A DNA stretch of 64,000 bases, taken from positions 33,790,001 through 33,854,000 of the forward strand of contig OZ249441.1 of NCBI GenBank assembly GCA_965235115.1. Direction: 5' to 3'. This DNA comes from Laetmonice hystrix (lineage: Eukaryota). The translations under genes were made by a program, and so were the position numbers. Positions 53,379 through 64,000 of the stretch are shown piece after piece. The stretch's first letter is position 1; each line of letters opens with the position of its first letter. The notes under the pieces are model-generated. The model was given only the letters and a program-made list of their open reading frames with translations. It did not search any database and was not told the DNA's origin.

Positions 53379-55490
53379 TTAATGTCTTCCAGTTTGGCAT
53401 ACCAGAAAACCTCTTCATTTTTATTGACATTTTCAAGGGAAGCGTGAATTCGTGTAACCACTTTAACTTCCTTGGAAGCTTTTGTTAGGATATCTCCCCT
53501 GTATTTGATTAATAAGTTCACATCAGTTTACTATAATTTCTGTCCAGATTTCTTCAATAATTGATCACAATCCCAGTCAACGTGTTAGAGATAGACGGGT
53601 GTTTTGGATAGTGTTTGCCTCATTATCAGCAATTACAGTCAAGCGCGCGTCTTTTACGTTGTGGTCATGCACAAAACACTTAATTGCTGGCACAGGCGTG
53701 TGGCACTTAATTAACAACTTTTAAACTTCCTGTCGATTGGCATTGTTCTCAGCAGATCTTTGACTTCATGGCACGACTTGACTCCAGACCTAGCATCACC
53801 GAAAGGTTTCCAGAGCGTATTTATAATAATTGGTGAATTACGTTACTTGTCAAATGACAGGGTGCAGATGACAAGAGCATATGGGCAACGGGGAAAACTT
53901 GAAAGAAAGTCTGTCGCGTGCGCGAGGTCTTGAGCACGCGCATGTAGGATGTGTGTAGGCCTATAGAGGGCGCTGTAAACCAGGCGTGCACGCTTCACTG
54001 AGAATGGTGCACGCGCGCCCGATAATATGCCGCTTGTTGTGGTCTTGAATGTTAAGTCTTGCATATGACCTTCCCGGTGTGATATGATGGAGACAATATG
54101 GCGGGTTCACGGATGGACGCTGTAATGACGTCTTGACGGCTCGACCAAACTGCGCCCTTTGAACTCGGCCTTTATAGCCCTTGAATAGTTTCATGTCACG
54201 TGGCATTATGATAACACCAGATTCTGGTGTATTGACCTCAGTTATGTATTGAAGTCGATATGTAATTACCTCAAGACGTCGCTCGCATTAACATCTCGAG
54301 AACGTAAAGTTGAATTTGTTCGAATTCAACGGCCTGTTGAAACCAATACATCTGTGTAATGAGGACATATCTGCACACCATACAGGTTGTTAAACGTGTG
54401 CATTTAATTTGCAGACTTTTAAGCATAAGCAGGCGTGGAAAAAAACTTTCGCGGCAGTTGCCTGTATTGTAAAGTGAATTATTGCGTGCATCTAGACCAG
54501 ATGTTTATGTTGATTTGCACTTAAACCATGAACGTCCATTCCGAATAAAACCGGCCTTATAAAGTGCATGCGACCTATAATCCATGTATTTTAACGAGCA
54601 CACATATATATCTGTGTTTGCGTGTAGGTTTGCCAGTGGAAAGACGATTTCACGGTCAATCAGTGTCAATGTAGGAAGAGTTCTATTTGGTTCCGCTGGC
54701 CACAAAGCCCATAATGAACCTTTGAGTTGACAACATGCATGCATTCTTATTGTTCACACTATGTGTGGACCCGATAGGTTCATGTTATCCACGAAATATC
54801 AAGCAGGAGAACATAATAGTCGTATATACCGTGCATGTTCACATCAGCATGTATTGCATTAACCATGGGTCGACTTATATACGTGTGGATTTGTAAAGGG
54901 TTGTGCAGGCCAGGTTATAAAGGTTGGAAAACGACTCCGCCCACAAACTGTGCCCATGATAACAAAAGGTCATCACTGCCGAGGGGTATATAGGGTCAAA
55001 CTTGCTAGAGTATGACTGCATGCATGAACACAAGGCTCAAGGATATGCAATGCATGCCCTCAGATTCCGAAATATACCTTAAGAAAAGGAGGCCGCTTTG
55101 AAATTTGAAATTCAAGTATTATGTCATGATCGAAGGAATTTCGAGTTTGAGTTTAATGTCGGGTCCTGCCGCCAGAGGCCCCCCTCGAGATAAACCCGAA
55201 CCTTGCCCCACGAAGGGGCCACACGCATCAACGTCACTTCGGAATGTCAACCTCAGGCCAATCTCAGAGGCACGTGTCCATGCATGCCATTAAAATGGTG
55301 TCCCGTGTGACACCAAGAAACATACAGCAATAGATATCGTGCTAATATCTGTTTGTCAGGTAGAAGAATTTTACAAGGTGTAGATGACAGTTCATTTACA
55401 TGTATTACATCGGCATTAAGTAAGCACATAAAACCATTATATACCACGTATACAAATGTACTATTGTATTTACCTATAGATTGATATGCT

Positions 55491-55527
<37 letters not shown>

Positions 55528-55801
55528 CTATAGCTATATGTATACCTATACATCGGAAGTCAGTATACTGAGGTCTATTTATAATTGTGTGGATATATTA
55601 TTTTCTCAATGCCTCGCAATGTCCTATAAATCTCAAAGTTTCTTTTTTCATTTCCATGGTTTTATTTACGAAATGAAAACACATCCTGTTCCTTTTTATA
55701 ACCCCTTCCCTTTTCTTCTATCAGTAAAATATTTTATTATTACACGTGCGTTATTTTGTTATGTAGAGAGACAGACAAAGAGAGAGACACGGAGAGAGAC
55801 A

Positions 55802-56130
55802 NNNNNNNNNNNNNNNNNNNNNNNNNNNNNNNNNNNNNNNNNNNNNNNNNNNNNNNNNNNNNNNNNNNNNNNNNNNNNNNNNNNNNNNNNNNNNNNNNNN
55901 NNNNNNNNNNNNNNNNNNNNNNNNNNNNNNNNNNNNNNNNNNNNNNNNNNNNNNNNNNNNNNNNNNNNNNNNNNNNNNNNNNNNNNNNNNNNNNNNNNNN
56001 NNNNNNNNNNNNNNNNNNNNNNNNNNNNNNNNNNNNNNNNNNNNNNNNNNNNNNNNNNNNNNNNNNNNNNNNNNNNNNNNNNNNNNNNNNNNNNNNNNNN
56101 NNNNNNNNNNNNNNNNNNNNNNNNNNNNNT
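55802..56130. other. Assembly gap next to a (GA/GACA)n microsatellite
   Basis: Run of N preceded by AGAGAGACAGACAAAGAGAGAGAC. A (TA)n tract lies at ~55496-55522. Confidence 1.
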
Positions 56131-58270
56131 AGAAATCTTAGTAAGCTCAAACTGTGGGCCAAAGATGTGTATCGTGACGGTGGCCGTTTCGTTCGGTACG
56201 AGTGCAGGCCCTGGGGGCTCGCCTCCCACCACCCTTCGCTATCTGACAACGGCCCGCACTAATTACCCACCTCTAGCAACCCCAGGCAAAGATTAAAACC
56301 CGCCCTTTCAGGCGGCATATGGTAATTGTCAGCTAGAAGACTGCCTATACTTTATACGTTCAAAATGACTGTTTTGTGTTTTTCCGTTGACCACTGGTGT
56401 CTAGATAACGGATTTGTATATGTGGAGTATAGACGTCTCAAAAACGTATTACACAAACAATGGTTTGGTTGTGTCTATGTTGTGTATACATTATACGGAC
56501 AGTCTAACCGTTTTCATACTTGTGTCTTATACAGGCAGTTTTTAATGCCGTTTTCATGCAAAAGCGAGTTTCCTTCGTTCTCTGCCATTTGCCTCGTTCT
56601 GTTAGCTTCAAGACTGTATACTCATCTATAACACTTAAATTGTTTGCCTCAATTAGCAGCATTTTCATTCTCATTGGAAAATGAAGACAATTTCACCATG
56701 CTGTATCCGACGCTGTATCTCTACCCCCCCCCCCCCCCCCCCCCCTCATGCAAAATAAATTATTGTTGACCTATTACACCTGGGGGACCCCCCGACCCAC
56801 CCACCCACCCCACCCCTCAACACGTGATTCACGATGCATATTTCACGTAAATCCTTCCATGGACCCCCTCAAGTCCCTAAATCTGAGAGTTTATTATAGA
56901 TCGCGTAAAGAACTTATTTATTGATTGGGTGGGAGGGGGGCAGCGTGCACCTGTTGCACAATGTGTCCATGAATGAAGGAGGTGGTGTAGTTGGGAAGTG
57001 TCGGGGATCCTACAGAATCTCTTTGATCATTGACAGATGTTGGCCCCGCGGCGGGCCTGTCCGGCCTCACGGGGATTGTTTACAGGCCGCGGGAATAGGA
57101 TGCAGGCGCCTGCAGGTCACTGTTATCAGAAGGCACGGCCTGCAAACAGCCGCCGCTGAGATCGGTCAAATAATATAGCATGGTTTACAAATAAATTATT
57201 TTCAAAACTAACGTCTGTGGGGCAGATCCAGGATTTTGCATTGGGGTAGATTGGGGGGGGGGGGGGGGGGGGTAGATGGGGGATAGATTGGGGGGGGGGG
57301 GGGCAGACCATACATTTAAGGTGCGATAGGTTTTGCGCACTGCACTATATAGGGGGTCGGGGTCAATTTCCAGCAAGTAACGAATGCATTGAGGAGATGT
57401 CATTGTGTATAGTCAGAAGCATAATTTCTAGTGCATGGAATGCAGTAACGGAGATGTTTGCATAATAACGGAAGATCTTGTAAAACCTACAGAAACTAAA
57501 GCGTATAACGAGATTTCCAGTTTGATAGTGCAAACAGCTATAGGTTATACAGCAATAAGACAAAATGACCAAGTCAAAGATTGATTGAACCATTTAGAAC
57601 AGCGGCAACATTTTTATCTTTTTTTTAAGCTGCTACCACGCGATATTCATAGGGGCACCATTTTTCATAATTGTTTCATTAGGGTAATTATGCAAGGGAA
57701 CCTGGCACCTCGACTACGCTGTGGCTCAGATTGCGTTATCAATTTTAATTATGTTAAAAATGTTACGAGGCGGGAGTTACGCTTGGGAGGCAAGTGTTCT
57801 CTCATCGCGACAGCAAAACCTGGTACTGCCATGAGGATAGGACAAACTCTCGGGGGGATACGTGCTGCGGGGGGGGGGGGGCAGTTCCTAAGATCCCCCC
57901 GTACTGAGATGCGGTTCATGCCCCCCCCCCTCCACCCCCCCCCCCACACACACACACAACATGATTAACGAGAGCTAATGACATCATGAGATGAGTAAGC
58001 CAATACTGCCGACTTCAGGACAAACGTTAGTTGAAGCAAAGCAAGACCGACGTTTTATGTTTGAAGAAGCGCTATAGGCCCCGTCTCTATAGGGTATACT
58101 TGCCATGGATATATAACTGTAGTACATTTTCATATGGTTTTATTAAAAGGAAATATCATTGAACGGTCAGCGGGCATGTAAAGTTGAGGGAAAATCTGGA
58201 AAATATAGAAGCACGTTTATATTTTTGGTACGGGGGGGGGGGCGCTTAAAGGTCAATCGTCTGTTCATAG

Positions 58271-58498
58271 ACACGCGGCGCAGGTATCGAATTCATACTG
58301 TCTTCGATACACGCGGCGCAGGTATCGAATTCATACTGTCTTCGATACACGCGGCGCAGGTATCGAATTCATACTGTCTTCGATACACGCGGCGCAGGTA
58401 TCGAATTCATACTGTCTTCGATACACGCGGCGCAGGTATCGAATTCATACTGTCTTCGATACACGCGGCGCAGGTATCGAATTCATACTGTCATCGAT
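58271..58498. repeat. 38-bp minisatellite, 6 copies
   Basis: Unit ACACGCGGCGCAGGTATCGAATTCATACTGTCTTCGAT. Confidence 0.95.
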
Positions 58499-60410
58499 GA
58501 CCTATAAGGAAGGACAAAATCAATAGTCTATGAGCAGAGACAGCCATTCGTTACGTAAGTAGTCTGTGCGCGATCAAGTTCAGCAGAAAGGAAATAAAGT
58601 GACAAAAGAAAAGGATTCACTTGATTCGTGAGATCATAATTTATTAAATTAAAGAAATTGCTCCATATTAATAATTACGTATACACAATAGGCTGATCGA
58701 CTTGCTAGTCAGAATTTGCGCGACTTTGACGCCTCAAAATGATACCCGCAAAAAACACATGGTAAGCAAGAACGATTTAAGAACCGGTCTGAATGATTTC
58801 TTCCAACTTGGCACAGGGAAGACATGGATGATAGGAGTGGCTCAAGTCTAACCATGACCTATTTATATATGTACATTATTTACAGAACAATGCGACCGGC
58901 ACATTATTGTCTAATTCCCAGGTATATAAGGGATTGATATATACTGGCTTACAATCTGCACGATGCAAAATGTCGGTTGTCATGAGTCTCTATAATATTA
59001 TATACACGTACATACATTTTACAGAAGAACGTCTTGACTGGCCTGACCATGATGCTATAGGCCTATATAAGGACCTTCTCCCAAGTTCCACAATCATGTA
59101 TAGTTCGTCAAGCAATATTTCTCATATCTTGGTTAAAATGGACTCGTCACTGCGTACTATATACTTATAGCGGTGTCACTTGTCACTTTTTTCCACCAAC
59201 TAACGTCACATTCGTCATGTGCGTATTAAACAGACAATATGTGCTTTGAGTGGTGTCGTCGGAAGTGGCGTCCGTCGCCGCCGGCGTGTATTAGAGGCCG
59301 ATAGTCTATCCGCTGGCCCGTGTCCCGGTCTACAGACGGTAGGACGTGCGTGTGAACTGGTCGGAGGATATACAAACCCATCCAGCAAAAACAACCGTTT
59401 AGTAAACGTTTCTGGGGTGTTATAATGTCGGTGTAAAACGTTTTGATGACGTTTTATATACGAGTTGGGATTGAGTCTGTGGGGTCTGTCTTCAGGTGCA
59501 CGGCGCCAGGTCTGGCCCGTCGATGGCCGCGTGCGCCCCATCAGATTGCCTCGGGCTGTCCTTCCATCCGTCCGTCCGTCCGCCCCCGGTCCGTCCGTGT
59601 CTGTATCCGCCTGCTTGCATATACCATGGCTGACTGCTTGGGATGCGTATACCCCAATACCTGAACACAACAACAAATACAACACAACGTTAATTGGGCA
59701 TGCATGGGTTGAGGCAGCAAACACACCCCCACCCCCATCTTGAACTAAAAAAAATATAATTACGCTGGACGCTAAACAGCACACCCCAATCTCTGAACAG
59801 ACACTGATTTTTCCACCCATCACTTGTCAAAGCTGACACCTATATGTGGGAAAGATTTGACACCCTGGTATATACATATGTACGCGTGCTGTCAAAAAGA
59901 CAGTCGCGTCTCTTTATTCTATACGAGTCGTACCGTGAGAATACATATGTCAGGGGGCAATGAATGGTAATTCTAAACAAGCTATAGTATACGGCAGGCT
60001 AAACGAAACTAGATACCTCCTCCCAAACTTCCCACACTGACCATCTCATTAGTGTTCCCTATAGCAGCTGTTTGGGTATTCTACACACCCTTTTTGGAGG
60101 GGTATAAGCAATGACGGGGGTAGAGAGGGTTGTTGTGAGTATAGGGTGGTATCGGATCAGGGCACCACCCTGGGGGTTAATTCATTTAATTAGACAAGGT
60201 ACGTCTGCCACCGTCAATGGCTGTAACAGAGGCGGAATGCCATGTATTGTGTAGGCCGCCCGCTGTTTCCACTTTACTTATCCATTTAGGATAAGTCAAC
60301 AGAAAGATTTCCCCCATAACGGTGTCCCGCTGGCAGCCTCTATACTCCCCGTACCACACGTTTCAATGACTGTTCTTGTCTTATCTGTTAAATACAGTGT
60401 AAAGATTCAA

Positions 60411-60779
60411 CATTGGTCATGGATATACATCGTTATCTCTTGATTTATAAGTCATTGGTCATGGATACGTTGTTATCTCTTGATTTATAAGTCATTGGTC
60501 ATGGATACGTTGTTATCTCTTGATTTATAAGTCATTGGTCATGGATACGTTGTTATCTCTTGATTTATAAATCATTGGTCATGGATATAAGTTGTTATCT
60601 CTTGATTTATAAATCATTGGTCATGGATATAAGTTGTTATCTCTTGATTTATAAATCATTGGTCATGGATATAAGTTGCTATCTCTTGATTTATAAATCA
60701 TTGGTCATGGATATAAGTTGTTATCTCTTGATTTATAAATCATTGGTCATGGATACGTTGTTATCTCTTGATTTATAAA
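60411..60779. repeat. 40/42-bp minisatellite, ~9 copies
   Basis: Unit GATTTATAA(G/A)TCATTGGTCATGGATA(C/TAA)GTTGTTATCTCTT. The 40-bp and 42-bp variants occur in blocks. Confidence 0.95.
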
Positions 60780-61217
60780 CCCGATTATAAACTTGATTGA
60801 CGGTATCTTTGGAAGCACGTGCTTGGGCACTTGGGAGTTTTCTTTTCGCTCTTTCGTGACGTGATTCCCATTATATGTGAAGATTACGTCATTATATTCT
60901 GGCTCCAACAGAGGAATGCACTCAGAGAGCAATCAAAGTAATATGAATTCGTAAAAAGGTTCTATCAATAGTCTTTTTTTTTTCGGAATATTTCTCTTCA
61001 GACAGACAGAAGTTGGAGTTGCCCCAAACCGCAAAAACCAGGCCTTGACCTATGCATATTATAGACCCATATTGCGACATGAAATGTTACTTGTTATATC
61101 CATAATGTGTCTTTAACCTTTTTTTTCTTTTTTTCTTTAAATATGAATGAGTGAGTGTTGACGGGAATCGCTTACCTTTTGACTGGCCCCCGGGGGAGTT
61201 CTAGACGTCTTGAAATC

Positions 61218-62087
61218 CTACCCCTCACAGAACCAGTCGACGAACTGTGTAAGGTCGTCACCGTCGTCCGCCTGGTCGTACGTATCATAGCCAGGGTCAG
61301 GCGACATGTCGGACCGTGATCCCGGTGATCCCATCGACTGGGACGGCGACATGGGCGACAAGGGCGGGGAGAAGGGACCGGCTGGCCGGGCTGGGACGGC
61401 CGGAGGGTCGGCGCTGCCGGCGCTGTGTAACGACGACACCGAGGAGAGAGGCGACGGAACCATCGGCGGCCGACCCCCGGCGCCGTTATAGGCCCGGAGA
61501 CCTGCGCCTGCACCGCCCCTCTTCATCCCTCCCCGGCTGGGACCTCCCACGGCCTGCAGGACGTCTGACTCACCCTCCTCGTCCTGGCTGTCCAGGATCT
61601 GCTGCAGGTGGTTGATGTAACGGATGGCCGATCTCAAGGTCTCAACCTTACTCATCTTCTTGTTCTTGGCGGCACATGGGATGTGGTTACGGAGCGTGGC
61701 GAACGTCGAGTTGATGTGCTTCACTCGGTTACGCTCGCGTTCGTTGCGCCTGGCCACCGCTGTCGGGTGTGTCTTGTAGCCGAGTTTTTCTGTCAGATCC
61801 ACTCGTCGCTTACAGCGGAGGATTTCAGCCTGGTCGCCGCGGAACTTCTTGGCTGGCAAAACTGGCATCGTTGACGATCCGCCGCGGTATGGCGACACCT
61901 GCCCGCTGCAGGTCATGCCAAGATAAAAGTTCTGATGGTCAGCGTTGGAGGGTGACATTTGCTGTGTCGCCACTACCATCTTTTGTGGGCTGTGTTGGTT
62001 CACACACATGGCTGGCATTCCGTAGAGGGATTCAGAATATGGCTGGCTGAACCCGTAGTTCTCCACCATTGCATGTGTCTGCATCAT
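61218..62087 (-). CDS. ASCL: Achaete-scute family proneural bHLH transcription factor (ASCa/ASH type), 289 aa, intronless CDS
   Basis: EILRCKRR motif, then [51 protein letters not shown], and the acidic C-terminal motif [10 protein letters not shown] typical of achaete-scute proteins. Confidence 0.96.
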   Translation of the reverse strand: MMQTHAMVENYGFSQPYSESLYGMPAMCVNQHSPQKMVVATQQMSPSNADHQNFYLGMTCSGQVSPYRGGSSTMPVLPAKKFRGDQAEILRCKRRVDLTEKLGYKTHPTAVARRNERERNRVKHINSTFATLRNHIPCAAKNKKMSKVETLRSAIRYINHLQQILDSQDEEGESDVLQAVGGPSRGGMKRGGAGAGLRAYNGAGGRPPMVPSPLSSVSSLHSAGSADPPAVPARPAGPFSPPLSPMSPSQSMGSPGSRSDMSPDPGYDTYDQADDGDDLTQFVDWFCEG

Positions 62088-62439
62088 CTTTTAAAACTGT
62101 TTCTGAGATCGAATTAAACAAAAGTCCATGAAATAAAATGAGAGAGTAAAAATCGAAATCAAGATGGATAATCTTGAAGATGTCGTTATCCGCCTTGCTC
62201 CTGCTGAAGACAAGCACGGAAGGGTTGGATGAATCCGCAGAACGCAGCAGGTGGGGGGTTACCTTGGAAGTCTCCTGAGAATCTGATGAATCCAACTGTT
62301 CTCCCAAACCGCAAGGTTGACGACGGCAGCGCGTGTCGGTCGTGTGTCGTTGCTGTGTCGTACACTTGAATGAAGATCAGCCGTCGGCGAGGGTACCAAT
62401 ATCGCGGCGTCACGCCTCGCCGGCGCCGGGTAGGAGGAG

Positions 62440-63100
62440 GAGGGTGGGGGTGGGGGTAGGGGTGTGGGTGTGGGGTGGGGCGTGGGTATAGCCGGGCTCG
62501 TGGCCGCTCGGCTCTGGTTGGCTGGCTGCATGGCTGGCGGAGGGACTGACGTCTGACGAGGCGTGCGGCGCGTGCACTCACCTTTACCGTTGTCCCACCG
62601 TCCTGCTCAAGTGCCTATACCCCCACCCCACCCCCACCCCCACCCCCACCCCACTCATGCACTTTCAGGCTATATGTGCCTGCTAACTGCATGCCTCTTC
62701 TATACACATTCAGAGAGCCCGATAGCCGTCTCAACATTTAACAACATAAACCTAATTATAACCAATGCTGAGCGGCGGCGGACACGTTCCTGCATGCATT
62801 CATATACGATATGATATCAAATCTACCGAGATTTAGAACTAATTTACCTGCACATATCTTACATGGATAAATACGCCGACCATTTTTCCATGGCTTGCGG
62901 CAATGGCACAGTTACACTTCAAACGGCCATACCGGCTTTGTGGTCAGCCGACGAAGGGGGAAACCCCGTGGTCGGCATCAAACTGACTTTGTCCCGCCAG
63001 TCTGGCATGCATGCATGGCCCGATCTGGCACCCTGCGCGTGCTCTCAGTTCGGGAGCGCTCGGCCCTTCATAAATACCCGAGGGAACAGCCACGTGCGAA
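62440..63100 (-). promoter_or_regulatory. ASCL proximal promoter with bHLH-Orange (HES)-type sites and GC/GT boxes
   Basis: CACGAG (rc 62497-62502), TGCACGCGCC (rc 62567-62576), CACGCG (rc 63036-63041), CACGTG (63091-63096), and GGGGTGGGG/CCCCACCCC runs. Confidence 0.55.
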
Positions 63101-63247
63101 TTCATCGCGGGCCTCCGATTCTATTATTTCACTTTGATGGGGCGTGTTAGAAAGCCGCAACTTTTACACCCAAGCTGTTTATCACCATTGTCTGTATATA
63201 CGCGTCGGTATCTATAGATACAGCATGCATGTAGACAGCCAATTTGA

Positions 63248-63770
63248 CACTGGAAACTATATATCCTATAGCCGCAGTGCACGGGAAACTATAGGCCTAT
63301 AGCCGCAGTGCACTGGAAACTATATAGCCTATAGCCGCAGTGCACTGGAAACTGTAGGCCTATAGCCGCAGTGCACGGGAAACTATAGGTCTATAGCCGC
63401 AGCGCACTGGAAACTATATATCCTATAGCCGCAGTGCACTGGAAACTATAGGCATATAGCTGCAGTGCACGGGAAACTATAGGCCTAGCCGCTGTGCACG
63501 GGAAACTATAGGCCTATAGCCACTGTGCACGGGAAACTATAGGCCTATAGCCGCTGTGCACGGGAAACTGTAGGCCTATCCGCAGTGCACGGGAACCTAT
63601 AGGTCTATAGCCGCAGCGCACTGGAAACTATATATCCTATAGCCGCAGTGCACTGGAAACTATAGGCCTATAGCCGCAGTGCACGGGAAACTATAGGCCT
63701 ATAGCCGCAGTGCACGGGAAACTATAGGCCTATAGCCACAGCGCACTGTCAACACCTATAGCCACAGTGA
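63248..63770. repeat. ~31-bp minisatellite, ~16 copies, with internal palindrome
   Basis: Unit GCAC(G/T)GGAAACTATAGGCCTATAGCCGCAGT, containing the 14-bp palindrome CTATAGGCCTATAG. Confidence 0.93.
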
Positions 63771-64000
63771 CGGTATATTAACGCACTTTTCAATTTTACG
63801 CACATCAGTTCAACTCGGACATTCATAGCCATGCGGATTTCTCCATATCTTTCCCCGATAAGGTGTACGTTAAAGGTACACACCATGTGATAAGAGGTAT
63901 ATTAGGAGGGCGGTGGCGCGAGCTTCCATTCAAAGGGACTCACTCAGGGGTGACCGATTCCTATGTTGTCTGCCCAATTACGGTCTTATCCGAAATCACC

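Noticed and set aside
58271-58498. Regular repeat arrays (38-bp, 32-bp, 45-bp) as possible CRISPR arrays
   Set aside because: Units are head-to-tail with no unique spacers, there are no cas genes, and the context is eukaryotic.
61172-61874. Additional ORFs overlapping ASCL
   Set aside because: GC-rich frame shadows of the ASCL CDS.

Overview
Eukaryotic genomic DNA from a bilaterian invertebrate scaffold, with spliced genes and three N-gaps. The exact taxon cannot be determined; the GPCR type and repeat content fit a marine lophotrochozoan or ambulacrarian. No rRNA, tRNA or CRISPR array was seen. I assembled seven gene models by hand from GT-AG sites and reading-frame phase. (1) A decayed rhodopsin-class peptide GPCR pseudogene (-, ~0.8-4.0 kb). 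(2, 3) Two tandem paralogous secreted proteins (-, 7903-10554 and 13943-17153). Both have a signal peptide, an atypical Ly6/uPAR (three-finger)-like 10-Cys domain, a long His/Lys/Tyr-rich low-complexity region, and a C-terminal variant chitin-binding type-2 (CBM14-like) domain with a CxCC insertion. (4) An SLC22 organic cation transporter (10 exons, -). (5) UBE2J1 (-), carrying 38 perfect GPGA repeats. (6) NSUN4 (+), head-to-head with UBE2J1. (7) An achaete-scute proneural bHLH gene (-). Introns and intergenic DNA hold many MITEs, a SINE and several minisatellites. The best candidate for an undescribed system is the paralogous pair: the ORF track does not show it as whole genes, and it looks like a family of chitin-anchored biomaterial or matrix proteins. 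All functional statements are inference; no database searches were run.
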